A stretch of DNA of 64,000 bases from an uncultured virus (IMG/VR IMGVR_UViG_3300027896_000016) (taxonomy: Duplodnaviria; Heunggongvirae; Uroviricota; Caudoviricetes). Shown here piece by piece: positions 17,089 through 28,134 of this stretch; position 1 is the stretch's first letter; each line of letters opens with the position of its first letter. The position numbers and the translations under genes are program-made. The notes beneath the pieces are model-generated. The model ran no database searches, was not told where the DNA came from, and saw nothing but the letters and a program-made list of their open reading frames with translations. The DNA lies in the IMG/VR virus record IMGVR_UViG_3300027896_000016; one strand, 5' to 3'.

Positions 17089-20058
17089 ATGATTCCATTG
17101 CATTTACATACAACGTTCAGTTATTTAGATGGTTTTGGCACTGCTGAACAATTTGCCAAGGTTTTTGTAACTAAGAGTATAACGGCTGCTGCCGTGACCG
17201 ATCACGGTAAGATTGGTGCGTTTGTTTCCTGGGAGAAAATGTTAACCAAAAACAATATCAAGCCTATCTTCGGCTGCGAATTCTATATTACCTGCAAGAA
17301 GAATATTACGAATGGCGTTGCCGGATACAAGCATATAACAGTGCTGGCTAAAAATCTAGTTGGCTATAAAAATCTCTGCAAGTTAGTAACTCTAGCTCAT
17401 ACTGATTCACACTTTTACAAAAGGCCGCGCATACATTGGGGTGAGTTGTTGGAATATCACGATGGCCTTATTGTTCTTTCGGGCTGTCCCGTTGGATTGC
17501 TGGCCGATAAAGATGTAGCTATCGGCGACAAGATGCGTTGGATAAACTTAATGGGCGACACGTTCAAGGGCGACTTCTATTTTGAAATTCACTGCAATAA
17601 TTTCGAAGTGACCTTGGACATGAACATCGAAGTAATCAGGCTTTCTCTGAAGTATCCCGACATAAAGATTCTCTGTGCGAATGACGTTCATTATCCAGAT
17701 AGAAATGACGCCGAAGTTCAAGACGTTATGTGGTGCGTGGGCCAAGGCAAGACGATGGACGACCCTGCCCGATACTCCTATCTAAAGTCCGCTGGCCCGG
17801 TGCTCTTTGTCCACAGCAAGCAAGAGGCACTTGACCGAGTGCAGGAATTGTATGGCAAGGATGTCGAAATTGCCAAGGTATTTGATCGGGCCATAGAAAG
17901 AACCTACGAAATTCCAGATCAATGCGACGTGAAATTGCCCAAAGCCGAAGCGTTCAGTTTCAATGGAAAACCGGCTGAAGAAAACTTGACCTTGCTTAAA
18001 TCGCTTATCGGTGAGGGCATGAAGAGGCGCAAGACGCCACTTAACGACGTTTATAAGAACAGAATAATACATGAGCTAAACCTTATTTCCAAGAAAGGTT
18101 TCGTTGATTATTTCCTTTGCATTGCCGATATGGTTACTCACGCCAAGGATAATTTACACGTCTTTGTAGGTCCGGGGCGCGGTTCAGTCGGCGGCAGTCT
18201 CATAGCGTATCTCTTGAGAATTACCGAATTAGATCCGGTGGTACATGACCTTCTGATTGACAGGTTCTTGGACGAATCACGGTCGGACCCGCCGGATATT
18301 GATCTTGATTTTGAAGATGAAAAACGAGATTTGGTCAAGGCGTATTTGGCTTCCAAGTATGGCCAGAATAAAGTTGCCGACGTGCTGAATTATTCAAAGT
18401 ATCATGGACCTAGCTTGCTTAATGATGTATCTAGAATCTTTAAGTTAGACGACGACATGATAAAGATTATTAAGGAGCGAATTCCCGAACGTGATTTGAA
18501 AGACGAGCGATACTTTAAAACAGTCGAAGATACTTTGAATCAGCCGGATTTCGAAAAGTATGTTCACGATAATCCATGCCTGAGATATGCCGCGATGATG
18601 GAAGGACAAATCAGACAGCATAGTACCCATGCATCCGGTGTAGTAGTGTCGTCTATCAGTCCGCTGGAAGAGCATTTTGCCAAGTACGACAAGTCCTTAT
18701 TTAGTCTAGACAAAGACGAAGCTGAATCAATGGGTTTTCTAAAGATTGATATTCTTGGTGTCACGCAGCTAACCATGATTAGAAAAATGTGTGATATTAT
18801 TCTGGATCGCTACGAAAAAAAGTTGGATTTGTACAAAATATCTCTTGACGATTTAGAGACTATGAAGCTTTTCGAAAGTGCCGATGGATTGGGCGTCTTT
18901 CAATTTGAAGGTGAAGCGGTTCGCAGTTTGACCCGTAGGTACAAACCGACTAAATTTAGTGATTTGGTGGTTTTGAACGCTCTTTCAAGACCGGGGCCAA
19001 TTGAAAGCGGTGGTGCTCAAGATTTAATTGCCAGAAAAAATCAAGGGGTTGTGCCGCCAGTACATCCTATCTATGACGCGATTACTAAAGATAACTATGG
19101 CTGTATTGTTTTCCAAGAAGATGTTATGGCACTATGCAAGTTCATGGCAAAAATGCCGCCGGAAAAAGTTTACTTTGTAAGAAAGACCATAGCTAAGTCC
19201 GGTGGTCAAGAAATTCTGAGCAAGTATAATGATTTTATCGAAGGCTGCGTAAACAATGGTGTAAGCCAAGAAATCGCCAAGTCCGTATGGCAAGACATTA
19301 TCAAGTTCGGTGGATATGGCTTTAACAAAGCCCATGCTGTCGCATATTCAATTACTGCCTATTGGTGTCAGTATATCAAGGCACATTATCCAGATGCTTT
19401 TTATGAAGTTTATTTGCAGTATGGCGACGAATTAAAGAAAGTGCAGTCGATTGGTATTCTAAAAAATAGGGGATTCTCATTAGAATGCATTGATATAAAT
19501 CTTTCGGGCGAATTTTTTAGCATAAAAGGTAGGGAAATTTATCCCGGTTTTAGTGACGTTACCGGTATCGGGACTATCAACGCAAGAGAAATTATCAAGA
19601 GACAACCGTATAAAAACTATGACGATTTTATGAAGCGTTGTGAATGTGGCAAGCATATAAAAGAATTGCTTAAGAATCTCGGTGCCTTTGATGGCAAGCC
19701 TCTAAGTTCTACTAATGAAAAATGTTTCTGGATCAAATATGATTTTAGTCTAAAGCGTGGTTCTGTACATACGTCAATCTCAGATTTGCGCGAGGGTATG
19801 AAAACTCGCCTGTTGGCCAAGATCGACAGTATCAAAGTCAAAGTATCTGAACAAGACGGTCGGCAACACGCTAATATTTATCTCTTGGACGATACCGGCA
19901 AAGTGACGGGCATTGTCGGGCGAAATCAGTATGAAATTATGAAAGACAAGATTCTTAAGTTAAAGAAAAACATGATGGTAGATTTGGACGGTTCAGTGGG
20001 TTTTTGGAAGGATAAAGTGATGTTTTATGTGAACGATATAATTGAAACGGGAGTGTAA
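17089..20058 (+). CDS. dnaE: DNA polymerase III alpha subunit (phage-encoded, family C)
   Basis: PHP domain LHLHTTFSYLDG and TDHG; GPGRGSVGGS; PDIDLDF; KIDILG; GFNKAHA; C-terminal OB fold. Confidence 0.95.
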   Translation: MIPLHLHTTFSYLDGFGTAEQFAKVFVTKSITAAAVTDHGKIGAFVSWEKMLTKNNIKPIFGCEFYITCKKNITNGVAGYKHITVLAKNLVGYKNLCKLVTLAHTDSHFYKRPRIHWGELLEYHDGLIVLSGCPVGLLADKDVAIGDKMRWINLMGDTFKGDFYFEIHCNNFEVTLDMNIEVIRLSLKYPDIKILCANDVHYPDRNDAEVQDVMWCVGQGKTMDDPARYSYLKSAGPVLFVHSKQEALDRVQELYGKDVEIAKVFDRAIERTYEIPDQCDVKLPKAEAFSFNGKPAEENLTLLKSLIGEGMKRRKTPLNDVYKNRIIHELNLISKKGFVDYFLCIADMVTHAKDNLHVFVGPGRGSVGGSLIAYLLRITELDPVVHDLLIDRFLDESRSDPPDIDLDFEDEKRDLVKAYLASKYGQNKVADVLNYSKYHGPSLLNDVSRIFKLDDDMIKIIKERIPERDLKDERYFKTVEDTLNQPDFEKYVHDNPCLRYAAMMEGQIRQHSTHASGVVVSSISPLEEHFAKYDKSLFSLDKDEAESMGFLKIDILGVTQLTMIRKMCDIILDRYEKKLDLYKISLDDLETMKLFESADGLGVFQFEGEAVRSLTRRYKPTKFSDLVVLNALSRPGPIESGGAQDLIARKNQGVVPPVHPIYDAITKDNYGCIVFQEDVMALCKFMAKMPPEKVYFVRKTIAKSGGQEILSKYNDFIEGCVNNGVSQEIAKSVWQDIIKFGGYGFNKAHAVAYSITAYWCQYIKAHYPDAFYEVYLQYGDELKKVQSIGILKNRGFSLECIDINLSGEFFSIKGREIYPGFSDVTGIGTINAREIIKRQPYKNYDDFMKRCECGKHIKELLKNLGAFDGKPLSSTNEKCFWIKYDFSLKRGSVHTSISDLREGMKTRLLAKIDSIKVKVSEQDGRQHANIYLLDDTGKVTGIVGRNQYEIMKDKILKLKKNMMVDLDGSVGFWKDKVMFYVNDIIETGV

Positions 20059-20363
20059 ATATGGATCAAGGCAAGAATCGTGATGAATTGGCAATTGGTG
20101 TGATTGCAGTGATTGGGATTATATTATTTTTGATATTATTTGGAATGGGATTGAATAGCTAAAGGAGCTTTCGATGGCTTGCGACAATTGTAATTGTGAA
20201 AAGTGTATGAAAGAGAGAAAGTATAAGTTAGCACAAGAAGCATTAGAAAATTGGTGTGATGAAACCGGTTTACTTTCAGGTGGTGGATGGAGTCGTTGCA
20301 AGGTATTAGAGGTTATGGTTAGAGATTCTCTGAGATTAATTGAGATTTTAAAGAGATTTCCCA

Positions 20364-20834
20364 ATGATTAAACAATGCAAGCTAGTTTTCGACCCAATTA
20401 TCAAAACATTATGCCCAAAACCCTACTATAATCATCCAAAAGGCTGTCCGAATTATGGCAAGAAAATCGGATGTCCACCTGATACGCCCGATATAAATTT
20501 TATTCTAAATTTGGCCCGACCAGTTTATGTGATTTACAATAAGTTTAATTTGTTAAATCATATTCATAATATGGAGATATTACATCCTGATTGGTCTGAT
20601 AGGCAATTATATTGTTGTCTATATTGGCAACCTAGAGCAAGAAAAGTTTTAAATGAAATGATTTATAATTTTTTGTGTCTGAACAAAGATTATATAGTTT
20701 TTCGTGTGCCAGAAGCATACGGTGTAAACGTAACTCAGACAATGCGCGATATTGGCGAGATTTTGGAGTGGCCACCGATTAATTTCGCCTATCAAGTGGC
20801 CTTGGCGGGAATACCGATTGGAGAAAAGAAATGA
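20364..20834 (+). CDS. DUF2284-like predicted metal-binding protein
   Basis: GCPNYGKKIGCPP...PEAYGVNVTQT. Confidence 0.65.
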   Translation: MIKQCKLVFDPIIKTLCPKPYYNHPKGCPNYGKKIGCPPDTPDINFILNLARPVYVIYNKFNLLNHIHNMEILHPDWSDRQLYCCLYWQPRARKVLNEMIYNFLCLNKDYIVFRVPEAYGVNVTQTMRDIGEILEWPPINFAYQVALAGIPIGEKK

Positions 20835-20979
20835 AATATCCAAAAGGGTGTTGTAAAAAATGTTCTCGAAAAAAGTGTAGTCATCATTGTCCAAGTTTTG
20901 TGCGTTTTGGTGATAAGAGATGTAAACAGATTAATTTTTTGTGTTCCATTTGTATATTTAAAAGTAGAAAGATAAAAAC

Positions 20980-21275
20980 GTGAATCAAAAAAGACTAAGT
21001 AGTCTCATAAAGAAATTCGGCACTGGCGAAAGTTTCCCGGTCAAAATAAAATATGTGCGCGATATCCCGGCACTATTGTTAAATGGACAGGCTCTAGTAT
21101 AGAAACATATTGTATACCGGACGACAAAGTTCATGAATTTACAAGGTTTATGATGGACGAATTGCCTAGTCTTCTTGAGAAGCGCGGCGTTGAGTTTTAC
21201 GGTATGATAAATCATTATGAGTCGGCCACTAAAGAATATTATCCCGAGATATGGAAGGAGAAAAATGGACATTAA
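20980..21275 (+). pseudogene. Frameshifted paralog of the gene at 47046-47339
   Basis: GTG start overlaps an upstream TGA and that frame stops near 21102; an alternative frame encodes IETYCIPDDKVHEFTRFMMDELPSLL...HYESATKEYYPEI, matching CEAFCVPDHRMRAFLRFIMEEFPALL...HSESATKKKYPEV. Confidence 0.55.
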
Positions 21276-22097
21276 AGAATATCATTTGCCTGAAAATATT
21301 GCGGCAATAAGTTCAAAAGAAAAGAAAGATTTGGTCGATAGGTATTTTGATACAGTGAGACAGGTTGGTGTTTTAGCAGATAATGTAGTTGATTTAATCT
21401 TGATGGCATTGGATATAGATCCGTATACTCATCCCGATATTAGCTTCAAGAATTTTAATGACATAACAATCGACGATTATGATACAAGTTTTGAGTTGAA
21501 GCGATGCAACGATGATTATGATGTAACTCCTGAGCAAGCTCAAAAATTATTTGATCTTGGCTTTGACCAATTTTGGTTATGCTTCAAAAACGGTAAAGAA
21601 AAATATTATTCTAGTCCTGTTCTTGCTGCTCGGGTCTTGAAAAATTTGGAGAAAAATGGCCAATAAAGAAGAAGTCAGCGCGAAAAATTTAAGGGCTAAA
21701 GGTTGGCCACATTATTGCCTATCTTGCAAAAAGCGTGTGCGGCTAACGAATTTGCGCTTTTTCCGCAAAATGCAGTGGCATACGGGCTGCGAAAAATATT
21801 TCTTGAAAGGCGAGTGTCCTATATGCGGCAAAATTACGACTTGTTGGATTCGTAAGGCGGTTTACGATAAAATTGCGGATGATTTTGAGAAAGGAGATTA
21901 TTTCTGATGGATAAAAAGGCTTATGAAGAAACACAAAGAAGGCTTCCAATTCGAGACGAATTAAAGAAGTTTATAGAAAGTTGTAATGATGTAATTTTTA
22001 CTTCTATTACAAAAAATCAACTAATGTATTTTGTAGAAAAACATGCTAAAGAATTAGAACCAATTCTTAAAAAATTTGCAGAAAAGGATTATCCACA

Positions 22098-22373
22098 ATG
22101 ATTTGTCAACGTTGTGGCTATTGTTGTTATAATTATGATGTAATTATAGTCAAAGACCCAAAGAAAGGTATTCGAGAAGATAATCTTATTCATAAGGAAA
22201 GTGGCAAGCGTTGCCCGCACTTAAGAGGATCTAGTCCAGGTAAGTATCGTTGTGCTATACATAATAAGTCGTGGTATAAGAAAATGCCGTGTTACTCTCA
22301 TGGGCAAATTGAACAATCATCTAAAACTCCTTGTAGGATGGGCGTGTATGTCTTACAAAAATTTCACCGTTGA
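22098..22373 (+). CDS. YkgJ-like cysteine-cluster (Zn/Fe-chelating) protein
   Basis: CQRCGYCC...RCPHL...CAIH...PC. Confidence 0.7.
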   Translation: MICQRCGYCCYNYDVIIVKDPKKGIREDNLIHKESGKRCPHLRGSSPGKYRCAIHNKSWYKKMPCYSHGQIEQSSKTPCRMGVYVLQKFHR

Positions 22374-22757
22374 GTCAAATTGCCGCGATCCAGAGAATAG
22401 GTCAAGAAAATTGTGCGTATGTGGCGGGCATTCTATGAAAGATCAGAATGCAAAGCCCAAAGGTAAGAAAATTAGGCGAATTTCAATGAAAAGGAGATTT
22501 TATGAAACTTACATTTAAAAAGAATTTAGCAAGTGAATGGGTTGACGTTCCGACTGACGTGGCCAATATGTTTGAAAAAGAAGTAAAAAGTTTTGAGGAT
22601 ATGCTTCGTATTGCCAATTTAATTTTGGGGATGAATGAATGGGCGCTTTTACAAGTAGTAATTCCTGATGAAAGTACTTGGTTCTTTTCGATGAAAGAAC
22701 CCGGCCTTATGTCCGTTAATGCAGAGGTTAAATGTCTAGTTTAAGGAGAAATTTGCG

Positions 22758-23435
22758 ATGCCCAATAGGTTAGTGTTTCTCGTTGACAGTCCGAAAACTA
22801 AGATCGACCAAAAAATCCTATCAGACCGTGAAGCACTTTATTTTCTCACGCAACCTATGAGTACCTTGTGCCGACAGTTTAATCTTATCGCTGGTCAATT
22901 TGCGGAATCCGAAAAGAAGTATTTATTTAATTCTTTGGACAAGTTCTGGTCACACACCGAAGATCCAGACAAGGTTATAACATCAGCTTGCCTATTTTAC
23001 TTTTTACTATTTAATTTTGCTAGAACAAACGTTAGATTCAATGCGACTGCGCAATTGTTAAATCTATCGGCATTTACGGATTTGGCCAATTATAAAGAGG
23101 TTAGAAATTCAGTAGTCCTATCGCCAGATGATGACCGAATATTGCAGACATTAGAAAGTAATCTCGTTCGGGAAGACCAGGATACTTTTATGCTTTTGGT
23201 CAAACTGCAATTTTTAAGCAGCGTAGTTTATTATCGCGGCCTAAATAATAACAAAATTGGCCAATATACGGTCGAAGAAAAGCCGTTTGGTGATATAGAT
23301 GGCGCGTATACTTGGGCTTTGGCCAATACTAAGGTTAAGTTTTTAGAGCGCGTGACGAAACTAGTTTCTGATAGAAAATCTTTGATGTCTTTTGTATTTG
23401 ATAAGAATGGAGGAAACGTCAATGTTACGGCTTAA
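22758..23435 (+). CDS. Hypothetical protein
   Basis: AAGGAG RBS; 225-aa ORF. Confidence 0.6.
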   Translation: MPNRLVFLVDSPKTKIDQKILSDREALYFLTQPMSTLCRQFNLIAGQFAESEKKYLFNSLDKFWSHTEDPDKVITSACLFYFLLFNFARTNVRFNATAQLLNLSAFTDLANYKEVRNSVVLSPDDDRILQTLESNLVREDQDTFMLLVKLQFLSSVVYYRGLNNNKIGQYTVEEKPFGDIDGAYTWALANTKVKFLERVTKLVSDRKSLMSFVFDKNGGNVNVTA

Positions 23436-23646
23436 CGAAAGACCCGATGATTATTATAGTAAGAGACAGTTAAGAATGGGTACAAAGGTCGAGATGGAAC
23501 ATACGACCGATAAATCTATTGCAAAAAGCATTGCCAAGGATCATCTAGACGAATTTCCCGATTATTATTCTTGGCTTTTAGAGATGGAACGTTCGGCTAA
23601 ACGTTATTGGACTGAAGTTCAGAAACACGGGCGCAAGAGGCGGTGA
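23422..23646 (+). CDS. DUF5661-like small phage protein
   Basis: QLRMGTKVEMEHTTDKSIAKSIAKDHLDEFPDYYSWL. Confidence 0.7.
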   Translation: MLRLNERPDDYYSKRQLRMGTKVEMEHTTDKSIAKSIAKDHLDEFPDYYSWLLEMERSAKRYWTEVQKHGRKRR

Positions 23647-23849
23647 TGTTAGAGATTTTAGGTGCTATATTCTTAATTTTTATTGTTTTGGCGATATTTG
23701 TTGGCGCGATTTTAGCTGCTTGGTATTGGGTAGCTTGGTGGGCGGGTGTGATAGTAATTGCCCTTTTGTTAGCGGCAATTGTTTATTACGGGCGTGAGAT
23801 AATTGCGGCGATTGTGTTGTTTGAGTTTTTCCGAAATTGGCACGAATAG
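23643..23849 (+). CDS. Small membrane protein
   Basis: Two or three hydrophobic segments. Confidence 0.6.
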   Translation: MMLEILGAIFLIFIVLAIFVGAILAAWYWVAWWAGVIVIALLLAAIVYYGREIIAAIVLFEFFRNWHE

Positions 23850-23859
23850 GAGAAAAGAG

Positions 23860-24342
23860 ATGGCCAGTAAAAAGAGCAAGAAAAGCTCGAAAAAGGCGTT
23901 GGTTCAGGTGGTTACTATGGCTATGGCACCGAGACAGGCGTATCTTTATGCTAAAGACGTTTTGAGATATCGTTTTCCGAAAGGTGAATCAATTATTCGC
24001 ACAGATGCCGCCGTTTCTTATGAGTATGCCAAGAATGTTTTATGTGGGCCGTTTACAAAAGGCGAATTAGTAATTTCAAAGAATGCCGAATATTCTTATC
24101 TTTACTCCAAACTTGTTTTAGCTGCGGCTTTTTCAAAAGGCGAGAAGGCAATCGCGCAAAGTGCCGAGTATTCCTATTATTATGCCAATAATGTTTTGAA
24201 GGGGCGTTTTGTTTTGGGAGAAAAGGCGATTTTGGATAATGTCTATTTTTCTTCTGAATATCAAAAGAATATTCTTAAGCCTCTTGGTTTAACCTTGAAT
24301 GGTACTAAAGGTCTTAATCTAGTCGTAGGTGAAAAATTATGA
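23860..24342 (+). CDS. Tandem ~25-aa helical repeat protein (paralog of 44854)
   Basis: Repeats of (A/S)Y.YAK.VL..RF..GE..I. Confidence 0.7.
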   Translation: MASKKSKKSSKKALVQVVTMAMAPRQAYLYAKDVLRYRFPKGESIIRTDAAVSYEYAKNVLCGPFTKGELVISKNAEYSYLYSKLVLAAAFSKGEKAIAQSAEYSYYYANNVLKGRFVLGEKAILDNVYFSSEYQKNILKPLGLTLNGTKGLNLVVGEKL

Positions 24343-24707
24343 TGCATCCATCTTGCACAACCGATTTTTCTCCGCAAATTTGGATTACGCCATATTGGAC
24401 TAGATATTGGGGATTTAGATATAATTTGGCAAAAATTTTGTTTAAGGCGGCAAATTGGTTAATTTATGGGCCACCGATTCCGTTTGGATTTGTGCGAAAA
24501 CCGAAAGGAATATAATATGAAAGTTGCCGTAACTCTTGATGTATATGAATGGCACGAACTTTTAAGAGAGATGGAGCATTTGCTATGTATTGTAAATCGG
24601 GATCAATCTCATGTTAAACATTTATATGAATTAATTGCAAGTCAGCTTGGAGATAAACCTGTTAACGTTACTCTTCATGATGAAACAGAGAAAGGAAAAG
24701 AATAATT

Positions 24708-25475
24708 ATGGGCGCATGGGGTTATGGTTTGCGAGCGAACGACACGGCACAGGACGCAATAGGTTACTGTAACGACCGGCAGATTTTTAAGTACATTTTG
24801 AACGGCACAATTACTGTAGATCAGGCGTTTAAAAATTTATTCAAAGTATCTTGGATAAAAAATTCGCCAGAGGCGATATTGGGGATTGTCGATGAAATGC
24901 TGGATTATGAAATTGATTTTCGAAAATTTTATATAAGTGGTTTAATTGGAGATAAAATAAATCAGGCGTATGAAAAGCTACTTGATCCTAAAGATATTAC
25001 CACTTATACAAATCCTAAATTACGTAAAAAGGCAGTAATTAGATTTGGAAATAGATATTATAATAATGAGAATAGTCGTATAATTCAGAAGCAAGTCAAC
25101 AAAGAGAATCTCGGTCTATTTCCAACACTTGCCAGAATTTTTAGGCGCGATAGGTTCAAGAAAGTCAAGTTATCTTGTAAAGGCAAGAAATGTTATGCAC
25201 GTAAGAAATGCGAGCACGAGCCGATTCGTTATGGCGATATTTGGGGCGCTAGGTGGAAGTTTATTACAGACAAAGATCGCGGTTTGGACGAATACCCATT
25301 TATTCGCTTGGTGTCCAAGAAAAACAAGGATATTGCGAGAATTTTGGTCGGCAATAAGTTGGGCGTTATGTTAGCCGAATATATTTGTGCGTTGCATAAT
25401 CATAATGCCGAAATGGGTCATATGATTAAAAGATGTAAAAATATCAAGGGCAACGTTAGAAAGGAACCGCGATGA
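24708..25475 (+). CDS. Protein with a DUF4259-like N-terminus
   Basis: MGAWGYGLRANDTAQD. Confidence 0.5.
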   Translation: MGAWGYGLRANDTAQDAIGYCNDRQIFKYILNGTITVDQAFKNLFKVSWIKNSPEAILGIVDEMLDYEIDFRKFYISGLIGDKINQAYEKLLDPKDITTYTNPKLRKKAVIRFGNRYYNNENSRIIQKQVNKENLGLFPTLARIFRRDRFKKVKLSCKGKKCYARKKCEHEPIRYGDIWGARWKFITDKDRGLDEYPFIRLVSKKNKDIARILVGNKLGVMLAEYICALHNHNAEMGHMIKRCKNIKGNVRKEPR

Positions 25476-25619
25476 TTGAAATTATGAAGGTTATTACGTG
25501 GTCTAATGTAATTTTGGATGGAGTTCTTATTGGTTCAATTGGCGAATCTGAGCCAATCGTTAAAAAGAGAGATAGATTTCAGGCCGATTATTGTCCCGGC
25601 GGAATCGGTGATAAATGTC

Positions 25620-25983
25620 TCGGTGATTTTGCCTCAATGGATGCCGCAAAAGCGGCAATTTTGGCAGAACACAATAAACCCAAGTAGAAAGGAATTGAAT
25701 GAATGGTGATAACGAAGAATTTTCTAAAATGATTTTGGCTCGGATAGACAATATTGAACCTACAAAATATCCTATTTGGGAATATGATCCAGATGGTAAA
25801 TGTTGGCATTTTATTTCGAAATCATGCGATTATTATGGAAAATATATAAATAATATGTTAACGTTATATTTATCTAGAGATACTAATGAAATTATTGGTT
25901 TTGTTCTTGAGGGAATCGGTGATTTTGCCACAATGGATGCCGCAAAAGCGGCAATTTTGGCAGAACACAATAAACCCAAGTAG
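25620..25983 (+). repeat. 68-bp direct repeat (25620-25687 and 25916-25983) giving two adjacent genes near-identical C-termini
   Basis: TCGGTGATTTTGCC(T/A)CAATGGATGCCGCAAAAGCGGCAATTTTGGCAGAACACAATAAACCCAAGTAG, one mismatch. Confidence 0.9.
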
Positions 25984-25993
25984 GAGGATTGCG

Positions 25994-26488
25994 ATGCGTA
26001 ACGTTAGCGTTCTAAGTGCGTTTTGTCTGTTTGTTCTGGTAGGTTGTACTCCACCGCCACAGCCAACACCGGAGGAACTGAAGCAGATTTGTTTCGATGG
26101 TGGAAGCCTAAGCGCATTGACGTATTGCGTTGCCGCCAAGCCGACAGTAGAGCAAGCAAAGACGATCAAGATCGCGGTAGATCAAGTGCGAGTAGTTTGC
26201 AACAACTATCCCGTTGGTGGATTCGTCGCGGCAGCTTACCCGCTTGCCAAGGCCGAAATTGATAAGGTTCTTGCGGGCGATGAAAAGAAGGCTGAACGGC
26301 TGCTTGCTGAACAGCTTTGCTTGAACCTTATGCAGTCTTTGGACAATCTATTTAATAAGCACCCTGACTGGAAGACAAACGCAAATTTAGTCGCAACATA
26401 TGCCGGTGCATTCTGTGATGGCGCGAGCGATGCTTTGAATAAGTATATTACACCGAATAAGAACGGTCATCCCGTTCCGACACAGTAA
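25994..26488 (+). CDS. Putative lipoprotein
   Basis: AGGAGG RBS; MRNVSVLSAFCLFVLVG-C lipobox. Confidence 0.7.
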   Translation: MRNVSVLSAFCLFVLVGCTPPPQPTPEELKQICFDGGSLSALTYCVAAKPTVEQAKTIKIAVDQVRVVCNNYPVGGFVAAAYPLAKAEIDKVLAGDEKKAERLLAEQLCLNLMQSLDNLFNKHPDWKTNANLVATYAGAFCDGASDALNKYITPNKNGHPVPTQ

Positions 26489-26495
26489 TTCGAGT

Positions 26496-26551
26496 AACAC
26501 AAAGATCCCCGGTAGCCTCTTATAGTAGAGGTTATCGGGGATTTTTTGTTG
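26496..26551 (+). terminator. Long hairpin terminator, copy 1
   Basis: AAAGATCCCCGGTAGCCTCT...AGAGGTTATCGGGGATTTTTT. Confidence 0.8.
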
Positions 26552-26570
26552 GCATTTTTGGAGGAAACAA

Positions 26571-27032
26571 ATGAAAACGACTAAAATAACAATTACCGGT
26601 AAGCCGACTGTAATTGAAAAGGCACAAGTTATAGCAATGGCGACGGCATTGTATGAAATTTCTAAAAGTATTGTTCCAAAAGCTAAAGTGCCGACAAAAA
26701 TAGCGCTTGTTATGATTATGAATCAAGACCAGAAAGTAAAGATTTGGGTAATTCCAAGTGGTATACACAATTGCAAATGGAAGGATGTTCCGGCTTTGAT
26801 GCATTCTCCGGCGATTCACCCATATGGATATTCTGGTTTATGGGATTGGTATTTTAATACGGCATTTATTTATTATCCAATAGGTTCTTGGGTAGAGTTG
26901 TGTGCCGAGGAAATTGCACATTCTCCCGATCCTAATTATAATACTATTGGTATACACTATCTTTTAGATGGTAGTCCAGAACATGCGGCGATTAAGGCAA
27001 GGCTTATGGAAACGGCGAATAGTGTAAAATAA
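26571..27032 (+). CDS. Hypothetical protein, possible metallopeptidase-like
   Basis: GAGG RBS; AEEIAH motif only weakly suggestive. Confidence 0.5.
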   Translation: MKTTKITITGKPTVIEKAQVIAMATALYEISKSIVPKAKVPTKIALVMIMNQDQKVKIWVIPSGIHNCKWKDVPALMHSPAIHPYGYSGLWDWYFNTAFIYYPIGSWVELCAEEIAHSPDPNYNTIGIHYLLDGSPEHAAIKARLMETANSVK

Positions 27033-27055
27033 TGGGCTTTAATGGAGGAAAGGCG

Positions 27056-28057
27056 ATGCTTAAGTATTTCTTGGTAATTTTTGTTCTGGTAGCTAATATT
27101 TTATCTGCCGAAGAACCGTGGCGTGATATTTTGCAGGAATTGCGTAATAATAAGAATTGGAAACCAGATATTCCATTTAAGAATGAAAAAGAGCCGTTTA
27201 AGTACGAGAATAAAGAGACTAGTGTTATTTGTACCAGTGGTATTAATCATCTGATATATACCGGTATTTATCATTTTGAAACGGATATGTTTACTGAATT
27301 TTTTGTAATCCATAAAGGTGAATCAACGGTGGGCATTAGTAATTCTGGTAGTAGTATTCCTAGTAGTTCTAAAAATGATGGTTCAGTTCATGTATATCAT
27401 TTTATTCTGGTAAATAATCGTTGTTGTTGTAAATTGAACGATGAGGATTGGCGAATAAGAGAAAGAGTAGTCGGAAGTAAGGGGTATTCTCTTGTGGCGA
27501 CGTTAGAAAAAAGTGGCGAAATTTTGGACGCGAAGGCAAGAAGTTTAAAATATGTTCCAGAAGTATATTTAAGGGAACTTAATCTTGAAGATGTTTTTGA
27601 CAATGCTGATCCAAATATAGAAAAAGTTCTTAAGGATTGGGCTGATCGTGCAAAGAAAGCCTCTGATGATAATGATTGGCCCGAAGTATGTAGAATTTAT
27701 GATGAAAGTAATAAGTTAAGCGGAAAATCTAAAAGTAGGCAAATTATAATTGATTATTATAAAGTGGCATTGGGTCAATTTGATAAAGATTGTAAGGATT
27801 TATTAAGTGATCTTGTTAAAGATGATTTTTCTGAAGTATATAAGAAAATCAAGATATTGATTAATAAATGGGGAAAGACAAGTCTTAAGTTAAAGTTAGA
27901 TAATATAGAAAATTGTATAAGAAATTTTGAGAAGATAAATAATTATGTTAAATCTGGTTCGAAGAAAGCCGCTGATGATTTGTTAATTAAAGTTCTTAAG
28001 GATTTGCCAAGTTTTCTAGAAGGTTATGCTAACAAGTACAAGAAGAACTCAAAGTAA
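27056..28057 (+). CDS. Secreted hypothetical protein
   Basis: Signal-peptide-like MLKYFLVIFVLVANILSA-EE; GGAGG RBS. Confidence 0.6.
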   Translation: MLKYFLVIFVLVANILSAEEPWRDILQELRNNKNWKPDIPFKNEKEPFKYENKETSVICTSGINHLIYTGIYHFETDMFTEFFVIHKGESTVGISNSGSSIPSSSKNDGSVHVYHFILVNNRCCCKLNDEDWRIRERVVGSKGYSLVATLEKSGEILDAKARSLKYVPEVYLRELNLEDVFDNADPNIEKVLKDWADRAKKASDDNDWPEVCRIYDESNKLSGKSKSRQIIIDYYKVALGQFDKDCKDLLSDLVKDDFSEVYKKIKILINKWGKTSLKLKLDNIENCIRNFEKINNYVKSGSKKAADDLLIKVLKDLPSFLEGYANKYKKNSK

Positions 28058-28108
28058 CAAAAGATCCCCGGCGACTCTATAGTAGAGGTTGTCGGGGATT
28101 TTTTGTTG
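28056..28108 (+). terminator. Long hairpin terminator, copy 2 (homologous to 26496)
   Basis: AAAAGATCCCCGGCGACTCTA...TAGAGGTTGTCGGGGATTTTTT. Confidence 0.8.
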
Positions 28109-28134
28109 CCAAATTTGGGAATGGAGGACTGACA

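Noticed and set aside
17089..20058. Intein or intron in dnaE
   Set aside because: Motifs are collinear at normal spacing in 989 aa; no C...HN splice motifs or homing endonuclease seen
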